Below are positions 1-10,773 of a stretch of 64,000 nucleotides of DNA, piece after piece. Below the pieces are notes generated by a model. That model saw nothing but the letters and a program-made list of their open reading frames with translations. It did no database searches and was not told the origin of the DNA. Where the stretch lies: assembly GCA_002269645.1 (NCBI GenBank), contig NIVC01002565.1, positions 62,001-126,000 on the forward strand, read 5' to 3'. The position numbers and the translations under genes were made by a program. How positions within the stretch are numbered: the stretch's first letter is position 1; the number at the start of each line of letters is the position of its first letter. The stretch comes from Macrostomum lignano (Eukaryota).

Positions 1-112
1 GCGTGCGGCCGAAGCAAGTCCCGGCGTTTGAGTCGTACATGAAGCTGAAGCGACCCTTCGGGGCTTCCTTGTCTCCGTCGACCTCGTACTTGCCGCGTGT
101 ACTGGCGCTCAT
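1..112 (-). CDS. ATP1B: Probable first coding exon of a Na+/K+-ATPase beta subunit (runs off the window start)
   Basis: Manual translation from ATG at 112: MSASTRGKYEVDGDKEAPKGRFSFMYDSNAGTCFGRT. The F(M/L)Y.....G.C/FGRT segment resembles the pre-transmembrane motif of X,K-ATPase beta subunits. The fragment is short, so the assignment is tentative. Confidence 0.55.
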   Translation of the reverse strand, partial: MSASTRGKYEVDGDKEAPKGRFSFMYDSNAGTCFGRT

Positions 113-766
113 TCCGTTTGTCAGAGGAGAAGCATGCAAGACACACAGGATTGAAGCGGTGAAACTGATGACGAAACAATAACAATACGCTAACATGCTA
201 TTCCTTTGTAAAATTAAGAAAATGAAACACGACGCGTTTGCATAAATTCCAAACCACAATAAAGTAAAAAAGAGAGGTGGGCAAAGACAATAGGTCACAT
301 GCTTTATTTCTGAAATAACTGCGTCAATACATAGCTCAAAATTGGCACAATCCATACCTTACTAAACAAAGAGCAAGAGAGCACAGGGAGGCTGGAACAA
401 CAGTAAATTTTAAAAAAGTATTCACTGCTGTGATTTCATTCTACGGGTGAGATTCTTGAAATAATTATAAAATAGCGCAGAAAAGTAAAAAAATACACCA
501 TGTTGATATTCTGCTCTCCATGCAGCATTCGCTTCCTGTTGCCGCAATGACTCTAATGACTATATATACTCGTACAAGCGTATAGTGTTGCAATTATTGT
601 TTAAATCATTACAATCAGGCATATGAAGATTTCTGATTTAAACAAAAAATGTTTTATCGAAAGGTACTACATGAAGACGATTGAATTGGGATAGCAATCC
701 ATAACACAATACCTGTTGTTAAGTACTCTTTAAAGCTGCTTGAATGCATAGAAGCTGTGCTATACA

Positions 767-1058
767 ATAATAAAAATAATTGATTACACCTGCCCCAGTT
801 GAGCCAGATGTGCAGCCGACAGCTCAGCCGCAGCTATTGCGCGGCGCATCTGAATGCTGCGTACGGCTGTCCAGTCCAATGACTAAGGGGGGGGGGTCGC
901 CACACACACCCTCAATTACCCCAGCTAATGCGGGCACCCATTTTACAGCTGGGTGAACTGAAGTAACGCAGAGTTAAGTGTCTTGCTCAAGGACACAAAT
1001 TGTTCCCAGTGGATCGAGAATCGAACCCCCGACCTTTCAGTCGTGAGTCCAAGGCTAC
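767..1058 (-). mobile_element. tRNA-derived CORE-like SINE, copy A (head partly deleted)
   Basis: Same ~290-bp sequence as the copies at 37815, 39781, 45652 and 50885. The reverse complement has B-box GGTTCGATTC, CORE-like CCTTGAGCAAGACACTTAAC...CTGTAAAATGGG and a (TTA)-type tail. Confidence 0.85.
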
Positions 1059-1087
1059 GAGCTCGTACATACAGTAGTCTTATCGAA

Positions 1088-1380
1088 AATTCAACCTGGT
1101 TGACTACTTATTCAACCTGGTTGACTACTTATTCAACCTGGTTGACTACTTATTCAACCTGGTTGACTACTTATTCAACCTGGTTGACTGCTTATTCAAC
1201 CTGGTTAACTACTTATTCAACCTGGTTGACTGCTTATTCAACCTGGTTGACTACTTATTCAACCTGGTTGACTACTTATTAAACCTGGTTGACTACTTAT
1301 TCAACCTGGTTGACTGCTTATTCAACCTGGTTGACTGCATATTCAACCTGGTTGACTAATTATTCAACCTGGTTGACTGC
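1088..1380. repeat. Minisatellite, 21-bp unit TATTCAACCTGGTTGACTACT, ~14 copies
   Basis: Direct head-to-tail repeats with no unique spacers. Explains the STWLTTY ORFs. Confidence 0.95.
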
Positions 1381-1399
1381 TGTCAACCGCCGTGCACGG

Positions 1400-1637
1400 C
1401 CTGTTGTAACTGCATGCTGGGCGGAGACTGAGCGTCAGTCAGCTTGGGGCTGCGAGTCGTCCACTACGCCATGGAGCAGCACGAACGGTGAAAACGGCGG
1501 TCAGCCGGGCGTAGAATGCGGTGTAGAACAGAATGATGCGCAGGCAGGACAGGGTGCGATTATTCCGGCTGTAGGCAAAGCGATAGAACTTGGTAATCTT
1601 GTCATTGATGATGATGTTGTTCTTTGCCTTCGGTCAT
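1400..1637 (-). pseudogene. Frameshifted Na+/K+-ATPase beta-like N-terminal fragment
   Basis: The minus strand reads KITKFYRFAYSRNNRTLSCLRIILFYTAFYARLTAVF, resembling the beta-subunit TM (SW.KI.LFY..FY..LA..F). After frameshifts it continues VLLHGVVDDSQP / KLTDAQS. The ATG at 1637 is out of frame. Confidence 0.5.
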
Positions 1638-4029
1638 TTTTGCTTGCAGTCTAGCCAATGGCGCTGCAATTAGGAGATAGTTGAATATTTCTTATTCATT
1701 GATGCTACTTAATTACTATAAAGCCTATTTATTGCTTTGATGCTTATAAACCTCATTCATGCAATCATGAAATTGTAATCTACAGATATAAAAAACTAAA
1801 AAACATTTTAAATCATTATATGATTTTGTATACTTATTTAGGAAAAAACCCATGGCAAAAACTAGGGCCGAGTAGCCATTTTAGGGTTCAGAAAAATTGG
1901 TAAATTAAAATCTTATAAACTGCTTTTCAGCGGCTACAATTGGCCTTCGAATTCATCGAAGGTCGGAACCCATTAGCTACCTTAAATATTAAATCTAGCG
2001 AGGTGGAGTGGAGGGCCATGGTTGAAGAACATGATACATTTGCTCACTAATCTACTCATAGTAGGTTGAATCGAGCACATTTCTGCTCCATACAACCCGT
2101 CATTACACCTAAATAATGCGCGTATATTAAGCCAAGAGCGGCCCCTCAAAAGATAAGACATGAGAGCCGCCCCTCCCTCCTCTCTCGCAGAGATACCAGC
2201 AGGGCCCTCTGAGCCAAATCTTGCTCCGCTCGGATATGACCGAGTGCGCGTGGCCTTATCGCTAAAACTTCAAAGCCAGCCCTGCACTCGAGACCACGGC
2301 TCGCGAGTTTTTCGTCCGAATCGAGTCAAATGCGCTCAGATTGGACTCGAATCTGCTTGGAACTCAGCCGCTATAACCTATATTCGACTCCGTTATGGTT
2401 CGAAGAGCCGCTGAAGATAGCTATAAAGCTGTAAGTTACGATAATAAATGCAGTAAAACACTGAATTCTTGGGTAATTTTACAAACTCATTGGGGTTCAT
2501 TTTTGTGCTCTAGCTACTAGTGCTGCATACTTAACTATGCGTCATTAACAATTATGCAATACTTTCTAATATTATTTCATTAAAACTTATTTGCAATATT
2601 GGAAGGGAGTTGCTCAGATGCTTTAAGACAAAGCTTATATGGGATGCTGATACCTTTTAAACATTTTTTTCCTTGTTTCAGCACTAAAGAGTTCTAAAAG
2701 TTGATTCATTAGTCTCTTACCTTCGGATTATATGAGCAGACACAGTGTCAGTCAGGTAACTGGTGCCTACTCAGCCAAATAGCAGCTGCCGCTAATTCTG
2801 TGTCGGTATGCCTGGATTACAAAACCGGAGATCAAAACAGCTTCTCAATTTTACGTATTGGTGAGTCGAAAAATTTCTCAAACAGCTACGTAAGGACTTA
2901 ACCGATCTGGACCAGCCTGGAATGCTCAAATCAACTGCTCCAGGGTGGCACTATGACTAGTTTTCGAAGCCCCACCTCCAGAGGGAGGAGAGATAAGCGA
3001 ATCTCTGCACTGTCATTGGTTGGACTCGGAGAGCACTGTCATTGGTTGTTGGACTCGGAGACAACGGGAGAGTTGCAACTCGATTCTTCTGCTTGTCTAT
3101 AGCATGCCTCACCGGCGTGACTGCCTGGGTTATGAAATGACGCGAGAACAAGCAAAATGCATTAGCAATAATAAGAGAAAGATAGTTCCCTAGAAAAGAA
3201 GAATCCGGAGCGGAAATCGACCAACTCGACCAATCGACCAAAGAATGCTTGCGCTTCTTGGCTCTCATTTTGGTGAAACAAGAATTTTAAGAACATTAAG
3301 AATCCTTTGAGTTGAATGGGACAAACTTTTCAAAACTAACATGCATCAATTTCGTCGTGAATTCCGAGGTCTCATTCAATGAGACAAAACTTTCTGATTT
3401 TAATAAGCCAAAAAAATGAAACTTAGGAAGATACATTTCTGCACTGCCACGGAGACGGTTTTAAGGGCTGCTTCATAAAATCATAGAAAGTGAAATTCCT
3501 TCCAATTTTCCCACACTTCTTGAACTTGCAATCTGCTTCAAATTTCTTGCCCGGGCTTGCTTGTGAGTTAAGGGTAGAAATTAGTCAGCTCTTGTAAGCA
3601 AACTAGGGATTAAGGACAGCTGAAGCAGAAGGGCGCAGCACTCGCTGTGAAATGAATTGGCGAGATGGGAAATTTTCAGTTCTCAAGCTCTTAACTCCCA
3701 ATAGCTCACCTTCTGGACTTTCAAATTCCAAAATCAAGCGAAGTTCCGGGGAAACGAGACAGTTGTTTCTGTCTCTACAGTTTGCTAGAACGTATTTTTC
3801 CCCCACCGAATTTGTCTATGGAAAAACCTCATTCAGCGCAGTGCAAAGAGGCAAATATTTGCAAAATTCGTTTAGAAAACCGCTGTGTCTGTCATACGCA
3901 GCTCTAGATGTCATTTCAATAATAGACCCTACTACGGTTCCAGTTGCACTAGGAATGCACAAGTGAAAACTGATATATCGCGCACGAGTGCACGATGTCC
4001 TTCACGCACGAGTGAACGTGAAGGAATTC

Positions 4030-4187
4030 CATTGTCGGATGATTCATCGTGCAGGAATGCACAAAACCGTGCAGGAATGCATTTCTGCGCCTAATGCTTT
4101 TTCAGTGAGATTTTACCATAGACATCCATTCCTGCACGCAAAAGAGTGCAAGAATGCCATTCTTGCATGGAAAATCAGCCGACAATG
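4030..4187. mobile_element. Possible small MITE / inverted-repeat element
   Basis: Ends CATTGTCGGATGATT and AATCAGCCGACAATG form a 14/15 inverted repeat. Internal GTGCAGGAATG / CATTCCTGCAC are also inverted. Confidence 0.4.
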
Positions 4188-5251
4188 TTAGTTGCTCTGT
4201 GCTAGTTAAAGCTTACACCTTAGCAGGCATGCTTGGCAATAGAGAACAAGATTTTAGAGAGCGGGTCGCTGTGAAGCCCTTAAGTCTTTATTAACTGCCT
4301 TTTTATGAGCGTATAGTATTAAGCAGCCACGGAAGTATGTACAGTTAAGAGATGGAGAATTCGAGTAATAAAATGAAACATATTTCTTCTTAGTAGATTT
4401 ACTACCAAGTCCGAAGCGATGTTTTGATGCACTTCGGTCCATTTTTCTGCGTTTGTTTCCAGCGTTTAACTTGTGAAAAGTTGTTTGCTTGAATATTAAT
4501 TCGATCGAGGGAGAATATATTAGGATATCAAACTTGAGTATTTGAGAGGATGGGAGGATTTATCAAAGTCCTGTCTCTCAACCTGTATCCAGATCCAGGT
4601 TTTTCCTGCTGTGGAGTCTCCTTTGTAGAAGCCTTTGCTTTAACCGCCGGCTCAGCCGCTAGTTCTTCCAGCCTTGCCTGATTCTGTAGTTCCGCCCGCT
4701 GCTCGGTTTTGCGGGTATCCCATAGCAATTTGGGTTGCACTGTCTCCTACATTCTCTGTCCAGTGTTTCGCTGTTGATCCACATGTCTTTTCCAGAGTAA
4801 TCCACCAACTCGAACTGCGTAGGCCAGTGGAGCTGTCCGCTTGATGATCGTTCCGAGAGCCCATCTTTAAACACATATACGCTCGTACGTACGTTTTAAA
4901 TGGATACATATGGCTCTTAGGGCGCGACTTTTGGCTTGAACGCGAACGCATGCCGCGCCTACCGACCGAGTACGGCCGAGCGCCCGCCTGTCCTCGCAGG
5001 TTCAGTCCCTGCAGTTTAGCAGCAGCAAATCCTACACACGTGGCGGTGAGCACTACGACTCGGCGCAGATGGTGTGGCCTGCTATCTGATGTCGTCGACG
5101 TCTCAAAAAGTCGCTTGGACAGACTAGGCCGGGGTGGCGATACAGTGCCGATTTGGTGACTCGCTTGTGTGTGTGTTTTAACCCTTAGCTCTTAATCTGG
5201 GAATTGTGCCGACAGGGCAACTCCAGAAACCTCGCGACATCGCACGGTCAT

Positions 5252-7190
5252 GACTTACTTGACTTAGCTGCAGGGGTTCCACATCCGGATGCAGCGAGGA
5301 GGCGTTGCCGCCCATGTCGCTAACCCCTGACGACCACGGGCAGCCAGTTCTGCGGTGTCGCGCAGGGAGATCCGATGGTGCCGGTGTCCGCAGCGCGGTC
5401 TCCCTCTGGAGAGTCCAGGAGGTGGATGGTCGTTCGCCCGGTAGCTCTTAGGTAGCGGACGAGCTGTCAGAGATTCTCATGCCTAAAAAGTCGGAGAGGT
5501 CCGGGTTTGGGCCGAGGTAAGTGAGCCTGTTCTAATTAAAGGCGGGGCATTCACAGATGAAATGCTCCGCAGTCTCGACACCGGTCGGAGAGGCAGAATG
5601 GGCATTCCTCACTACGGTTTTTTACCGGGAGGTAACGATGCCTGACAAAACAGCCATGACCCAAGAGGGCCATGGTCACCGCCCTGATGTCCCTGCGGTT
5701 GAGTCCAAGCAGGGCCCTGCGCAGGGCGAAGGAAGGACAGGGGACAGCCTCGCGGGATTGTCGGCAGTCGGGGGCGTTAGCCCACCTTTCCCTCTGCTTT
5801 GAAGCCACCCACTGGTTGATCCGAGTGGTGACAACGGCGGTAGTGGTGGGGGCACGGGCAGGGGACCAGTAGAAGAACCGGTCGAGCCAGTCTTGGCCAG
5901 GCGATCGGCCAACTCGTTGCTGGGGTAGCCCGAGTGCCCGGGGATCCACCTTAGGGACACCTTGTTGGAGGCGCCTAAGCGGTTAAGCTGCGCGATGCAG
6001 TCGAGGACTGTACGCGAGCAGGTGGAGGTGCGCTTAAGGGCGTGGATCGCCGCTTGACTGTGCGAGTGGAGGGTAATCGCCTTCCCCAGACGCGCTGATG
6101 TACGGCTCCATGGCGCAGAAGCTGATGGCGAGAACTTCGTTTTGGAAAACAGTGGAGCAGGTGCCTGCTAGGAAGTCACCACGGTTCTCCCTCCAGACAC
6201 GATGCAGTATCCGTAGCCAGAGGTGGAGTTGATTTGGAACCCGTCAGTGAAGCAGTGGATTTCACGGGGTTTCCAGTTGTCCCTTGCCTCATGACGTGGT
6301 GGAATGCTGGTTTTGAATTCAAGCGGATGGCAGAGCGTAGACGGGATTCCGTCCGAGAGGGTCAGCAGGCCTTCCGCTGCTTCCAGGTCTCGCAGGCTGC
6401 GGTCGCAGAAGTTTTACTTTCTGAAAGCGAACTGCTTCTGGATGAGGACACCCGCGTCAAGCAGACGCGGGAGTTCATTGCCTCCCCTCCAACAAATAGG
6501 TCAAGGGGAAGGTCCAGGAAGAAGTTCATGCCAAGCAAAGGGTGAGAGGGAGTCGCGCTCATGATGGCTCGACGAGTGCGGCCTTGCACCTTGTTAGGAG
6601 CTTCAAGAACCCCTTTCACCTCTAGGCACTGTTCCAGATGAAGCCGGCAAAGTCTCACGATGGCAGTGTAAATCCACGGCGGGGGTGAGGCCCCAGGTAG
6701 CGCCGAAAGCTCTGCGGATCTGCGTGAGAGTCGCGAGAGCTTTGCAGGCTTTGGTTTGGACGTGTGGCGTGACGCCCAGACATCTGGTTTGTTTCTCCAT
6801 GGCAACGGGTTTGCGGTTCAATTCTCCAGTTTCGGCTGCTGATAAAAATTATAGCCACGGTTTTAGACTCAGAGAACCTGAGACCGCGGCTGTGTGCCCA
6901 GCGCTCGGCACGGTGGATGAAGGCTTGGAGGAGGTCTCTGAGGACCGCGGGTGATGGTCCAGCCCAGGGACTACTCCCTGGAGTAGTCCCTGGTCCAGCC
7001 ACAGTAGCCGCCGACATTTTAAACCGGGTCCGGATACGGGCTGCAGAGCAGCTCGTCCATGACAAGTTCCAGGGGATCTTGTGAACGTCGTCATCAATTA
7101 CCAATAATCTATTGGAGATGGAGACAGACGAACGGCTGATATCGCAGAAGTTCTATCGCCTGTCCGTCAGCGTCTCGGCGCAAAATAAAT
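5252..7190 (-). mobile_element. 5'-truncated, degenerate LOA-like non-LTR retrotransposon (RT C-terminus, RNase H, CCHC, 3' UTR)
   Basis: Fragmented ORFs homologous to ORF2 of 28631-34514: [45 protein letters not shown]...CPFC. Same 3' tail GCAGCTAAGTCAAG. Confidence 0.88.
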
Positions 7191-7512
7191 GCTTTCTTGA
7201 CATATATAAATGTAACAGCACTCGACGTCATTTACGAGCTATTTTTTTACAACTTATATTATATATTATTATTAAAAGGAAGGAAATTCTCGTTACGCAT
7301 TTAATTACAACTGACAGTTTCTTTGTTCTGTCTATTAATCTGTTGCTCTAAATCATTAGGAATAGTTCGATGCCCATAAATAGCCTAGTTTCATGCTTTG
7401 ATATTTTACTTTGGGTCCAGTCCCAATCGAATCTTGTTATTTGAATAAAGGCTTATAAACAGATACGGGCAATACTTGTTCAAATAGCTTGACTGCTTCA
7501 ATTCTTAGTATC

Positions 7513-7584
7513 GGGGGTGTAGCTCAGAGGTAGAGCGTTCGCTTTGCATGTGAAAAGTCCCGGGTTCGAACCCCGGCTCCTCCA
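7513..7584 (+). tRNA. tRNA-Ala (anticodon TGC)
   Basis: GGGGGTGTAGCTCAGAGGTAGAGCGTTCGCTTTGCATGTGAAAAGTCCCGGGTTCGAACCCCGGCTCCTCCA. Cloverleaf with A/B boxes, the G3:U70 Ala identity pair, and a T-run terminator just downstream. One U-U mismatch in the acceptor stem. Confidence 0.9.
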
Positions 7585-9781
7585 CCGATAACTTTTTGTC
7601 CTGTTCCATGGAATTTTACTTATCATCTACTTACACAGAAAAAATTGAAATTAGTTGTCTCTGATTTTTATCTAATTTTTACTTGATATTTCTAAAAAAT
7701 GACACCATAGAAAGTTCCACACCTGCTATGTAATTTTGAATGCCACTATTAGGATATATACCTATATGTATCGAAAAGGCTGTATGACGCAAAATAAAGA
7801 AAAACCTAATTTAAATATTGCGCAATATGTATTAACTAAACATGATAGTTAAACATTAAAAAAATAATATTGGCTTTGCTCCAAAACTTTATCCGTGTTA
7901 AAAAATAATTTTCAATTACTATGCCTTCAGTCGCTCTCTGATAAATTGATTTTCCGAAAAACAATTAAACTAACTCATCAGAATCAGAATCACTATAATA
8001 AAACGAGCATTGATACATAGCAATTGCATAAAGGCCCATGGCCCGCACATTATTCTATGGCTGTGCCGCTGTTGCTCATTATTATTGCCTATTAATAGGA
8101 TTCACTTAGGCCTAGGCCATATCTCGGCTAGCCAATTCAGCAACTAATTCCTCGCCCCTCTTGGTTGGGAATTTTGGAGCAGACCCAAGGCCAAGGCGAG
8201 ACCGAGACGAGATTTTAAGTTAGCCTTTGGACATTATTTTATCTTAACCTGGCTAGTCCTTAATTCCATTCTATTCTATAGATTTTTTAAACCTAGGCCT
8301 AGCATAAGAACGTGCATCAGGCATTGGGCCTAAGCCCTAACCTAAGTAAATGACCTAGGCCTATTTGTATTTGTGGACCAGCTTAGGCCTAGAATTTATA
8401 GTTAGATTTGCAAATAGAAACTTACTATTTTTGTATACATTTTTCAGAATCAAATTAAATGCATTTTGACATTACCCTCTGAGAATTTTTTTGCCAGGTT
8501 GCTAGAAAATTGTTTGTGATCTATTGAGTTATCATTGGCAAAGTGTTACAAATATACACCATGCATTTTACTAGCAAATTGCTTGCTAGCATCAATAGGC
8601 CCCAGCTTGCAACAATTGCTAGAATTTTGCTAGGCCCTTACATATTTGCTACAGTATAGGCCTAATTTTTCTTTGTAATATTGTTTATATATAGAAATTT
8701 GTATTGTATGATTTATAGGATTAAGTACCTCAGTTGTCTATAGCATTAAATGATAAAAACCTAATTAATTAGAGGGCCTAATATAAAAATTAAGAATTAG
8801 GCCCTAATATATATACTTTGTATTATCACTTATGTTAGACATTTGTTATTAATTAATTATAAAAAATCTTTTAATTATACTGTCTTAACCCTAAAAACTA
8901 AACTAAAGATTACTTAATTTTAAATTTTAATTGTTATCACTAGGCTATATTAATCGTTTAATAAAGTTTAAGCCTCTATTTCTATCCCAAAAGTTGATAA
9001 AAGTAATAGGGCTATTAGTTCAATCTTACTAATACTAGGCCCTACTAAACTAGGGGCCTAATCATCAAAGTTATAAAGCCTTGTATTCCTTTTTTAATAT
9101 CATTGCTATTGCTATATGAGTACTTATATTATTTGGCCTTAATCATTGAACTTTAAGTTTAGGCGCTAGAATTAGGCCTAGTCTAAGCATATAGGTTTAA
9201 TATTAGGCATATAGGTTTAATATTAGGCATATAGGTCTAATGTTAGGCCCTAGTCATATTGAAGTCTATATATGAATATAAATATATGTTTGAGTATATA
9301 TTTAAATAATTTACTTTTTATTAGGCTAGTACTATTTTTATTCTATACTAATAATATTCAATTTTGTTCTATACTAGTAGCATTCTTATAAAGGCTTGAG
9401 CAATAGAGGTTAAATAGGATTAAAGTCATTAGGCAGGATTAGGAATGCCTAAATATGCTGCTATCCTACTACTTCATTCTTAGAAAATTGATTAAATCTA
9501 AATATAATTCTCAAAAATTTATTAAAGCACTAATTCAATAAATCAGAGCATACTTTTTTATTAATTGATAAATTCACTTTTAAGTCAAAAGAGTTGCAAG
9601 GATTAGAAAATAGTGCTTTTTCCTAGGTGTCTTTATTCTGCCTATTACTGTTTCTTAATCAAAATTATATGTATCAACCCCAAAGTAAAACTGCTCTAAT
9701 AGTGCCACCAATGAGCTAATTGCCATAGATGAGTATGCTGCAAGAATGCCAATTGGGATAGTTATTCATAATTGCTTTTTG

Positions 9782-10643
9782 TGATGTGTTCCTTATTACC
9801 CGACTTTCGATAATCAAGGAACAATCACTTCTAGCTCAACAGCTAGGCAACCCAGTAAGTCAAACGAAGGTATTCAATTACCTTTAATCCGGATTTGAAT
9901 TTCTTGAGTAGTTCTCGCTAGGAACTTGTCAGTAGATCTCGTAGATCAGGCGCCTTGATTCTTCAGTTGCTCTGGTCCTGGTTCCTCTTGTACTTCCGAT
10001 AAGTTCTTCCGGCCGGTATCTTCCGTCAGGACCAATCAGAGGCCTCGTAGCAACAATGGGTACCCTGCGCCAAACTGCGGTCTAAATTAAGCCTCCTTCT
10101 TCTAGCAGTGCCTCTATGCACTCTAGGTATAGCTCCGGAAACCACTGATAGTCCTCTAAGATCTATCAGGGGCAGTCCTTCTGGAGACTGCAACCAATGG
10201 AGTCTAAACAGACTCAAGAGTCTCAACAGACTCAATTAGACTCAAGTCTCAATAGACTTGAGCGAGACGTCTCTAACACAACGGGCGCAAATAAGGAAGG
10301 CTTACCGCAACAACTCGACCGAGTCTCGATTGACTTGGTAGATCAGGAAGTCCTCCTAAGGCTTCCTCTTCGGAGCGCTCCTCTTCCGTGGGGAGAATGG
10401 CTCCGGTACCGCTTCAGATCGCTTGTATTTATAGACAAGTTTTTGATCCAAAATAGTATCATGACAATTCACGTGTTGCGCTAAAAGGGGAAAATGGCTC
10501 ATGGCGTATTATTCTGGTAACATCTTTTTCTGGTAGCGTGATTCATTCAAAGCTTAGGCGCACATGCGTGTACTTACTTACTTATAGTAGTATTATACGA
10601 TTATCTTTTTTTTCTGTTTTTGCGGGAGGCAGAACACTCTACA
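9782..10643 (-). repeat. 3' LTR (862 bp)
   Basis: Direct repeat of 19539-20400 at a constant offset of 9757. No differences seen by eye, and the ORF-track translations inside both LTRs are identical. Confidence 0.97.
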
Positions 10644-10646
10644 AAA

Positions 10647-10658
10647 TCTCCCTTTTTT
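10647..10658 (-). promoter_or_regulatory. Polypurine tract
   Basis: AAAAAAGGGAGA on the minus strand, 3 nt before the 3' LTR. Confidence 0.85.
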
Positions 10659-10773
10659 ACGAAAAAAAACTCGTCCCGAGTTTTAACAATGAAATAATAA
10701 AATTCTGTGGTGATCAGTTAATATAGGAAATAAACAATTGATTTTGTGCGCGTCTAGAGAAGCGAGGGTTTGG

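Noticed and set aside
983-1380. STWLTTY-repeat ORFs
   Set aside because: By-product of the 21-bp minisatellite fused to a SINE.
4528-5160. Possible decayed LTR-retrotransposon integrase tail (YRLRDRTLINPP)
   Set aside because: One weak motif with no catalytic domains or LTR pair identifiable, too little to support a feature.
5285-5310. GCCUCCUCGCU match to the HDV ribozyme P3/L3, plus a GCUAA resembling J4/2
   Set aside because: The required P3 3' strand (GGC) and adjacent P1 are absent, and the match is not kept in the 34440 copy. A three-way junction explains the covariation better.
7513-9782. tRNA-targeted integration of the Gypsy element
   Set aside because: The insertion is ~2.2 kb from tRNA-Ala, far from the near-TSS positions typical of Ty3-like targeting.
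10026-10484. ORFs inside the LTRs (also 19783-20241)
   Set aside because: Short and motif-free. They are duplicated only because the LTR is.
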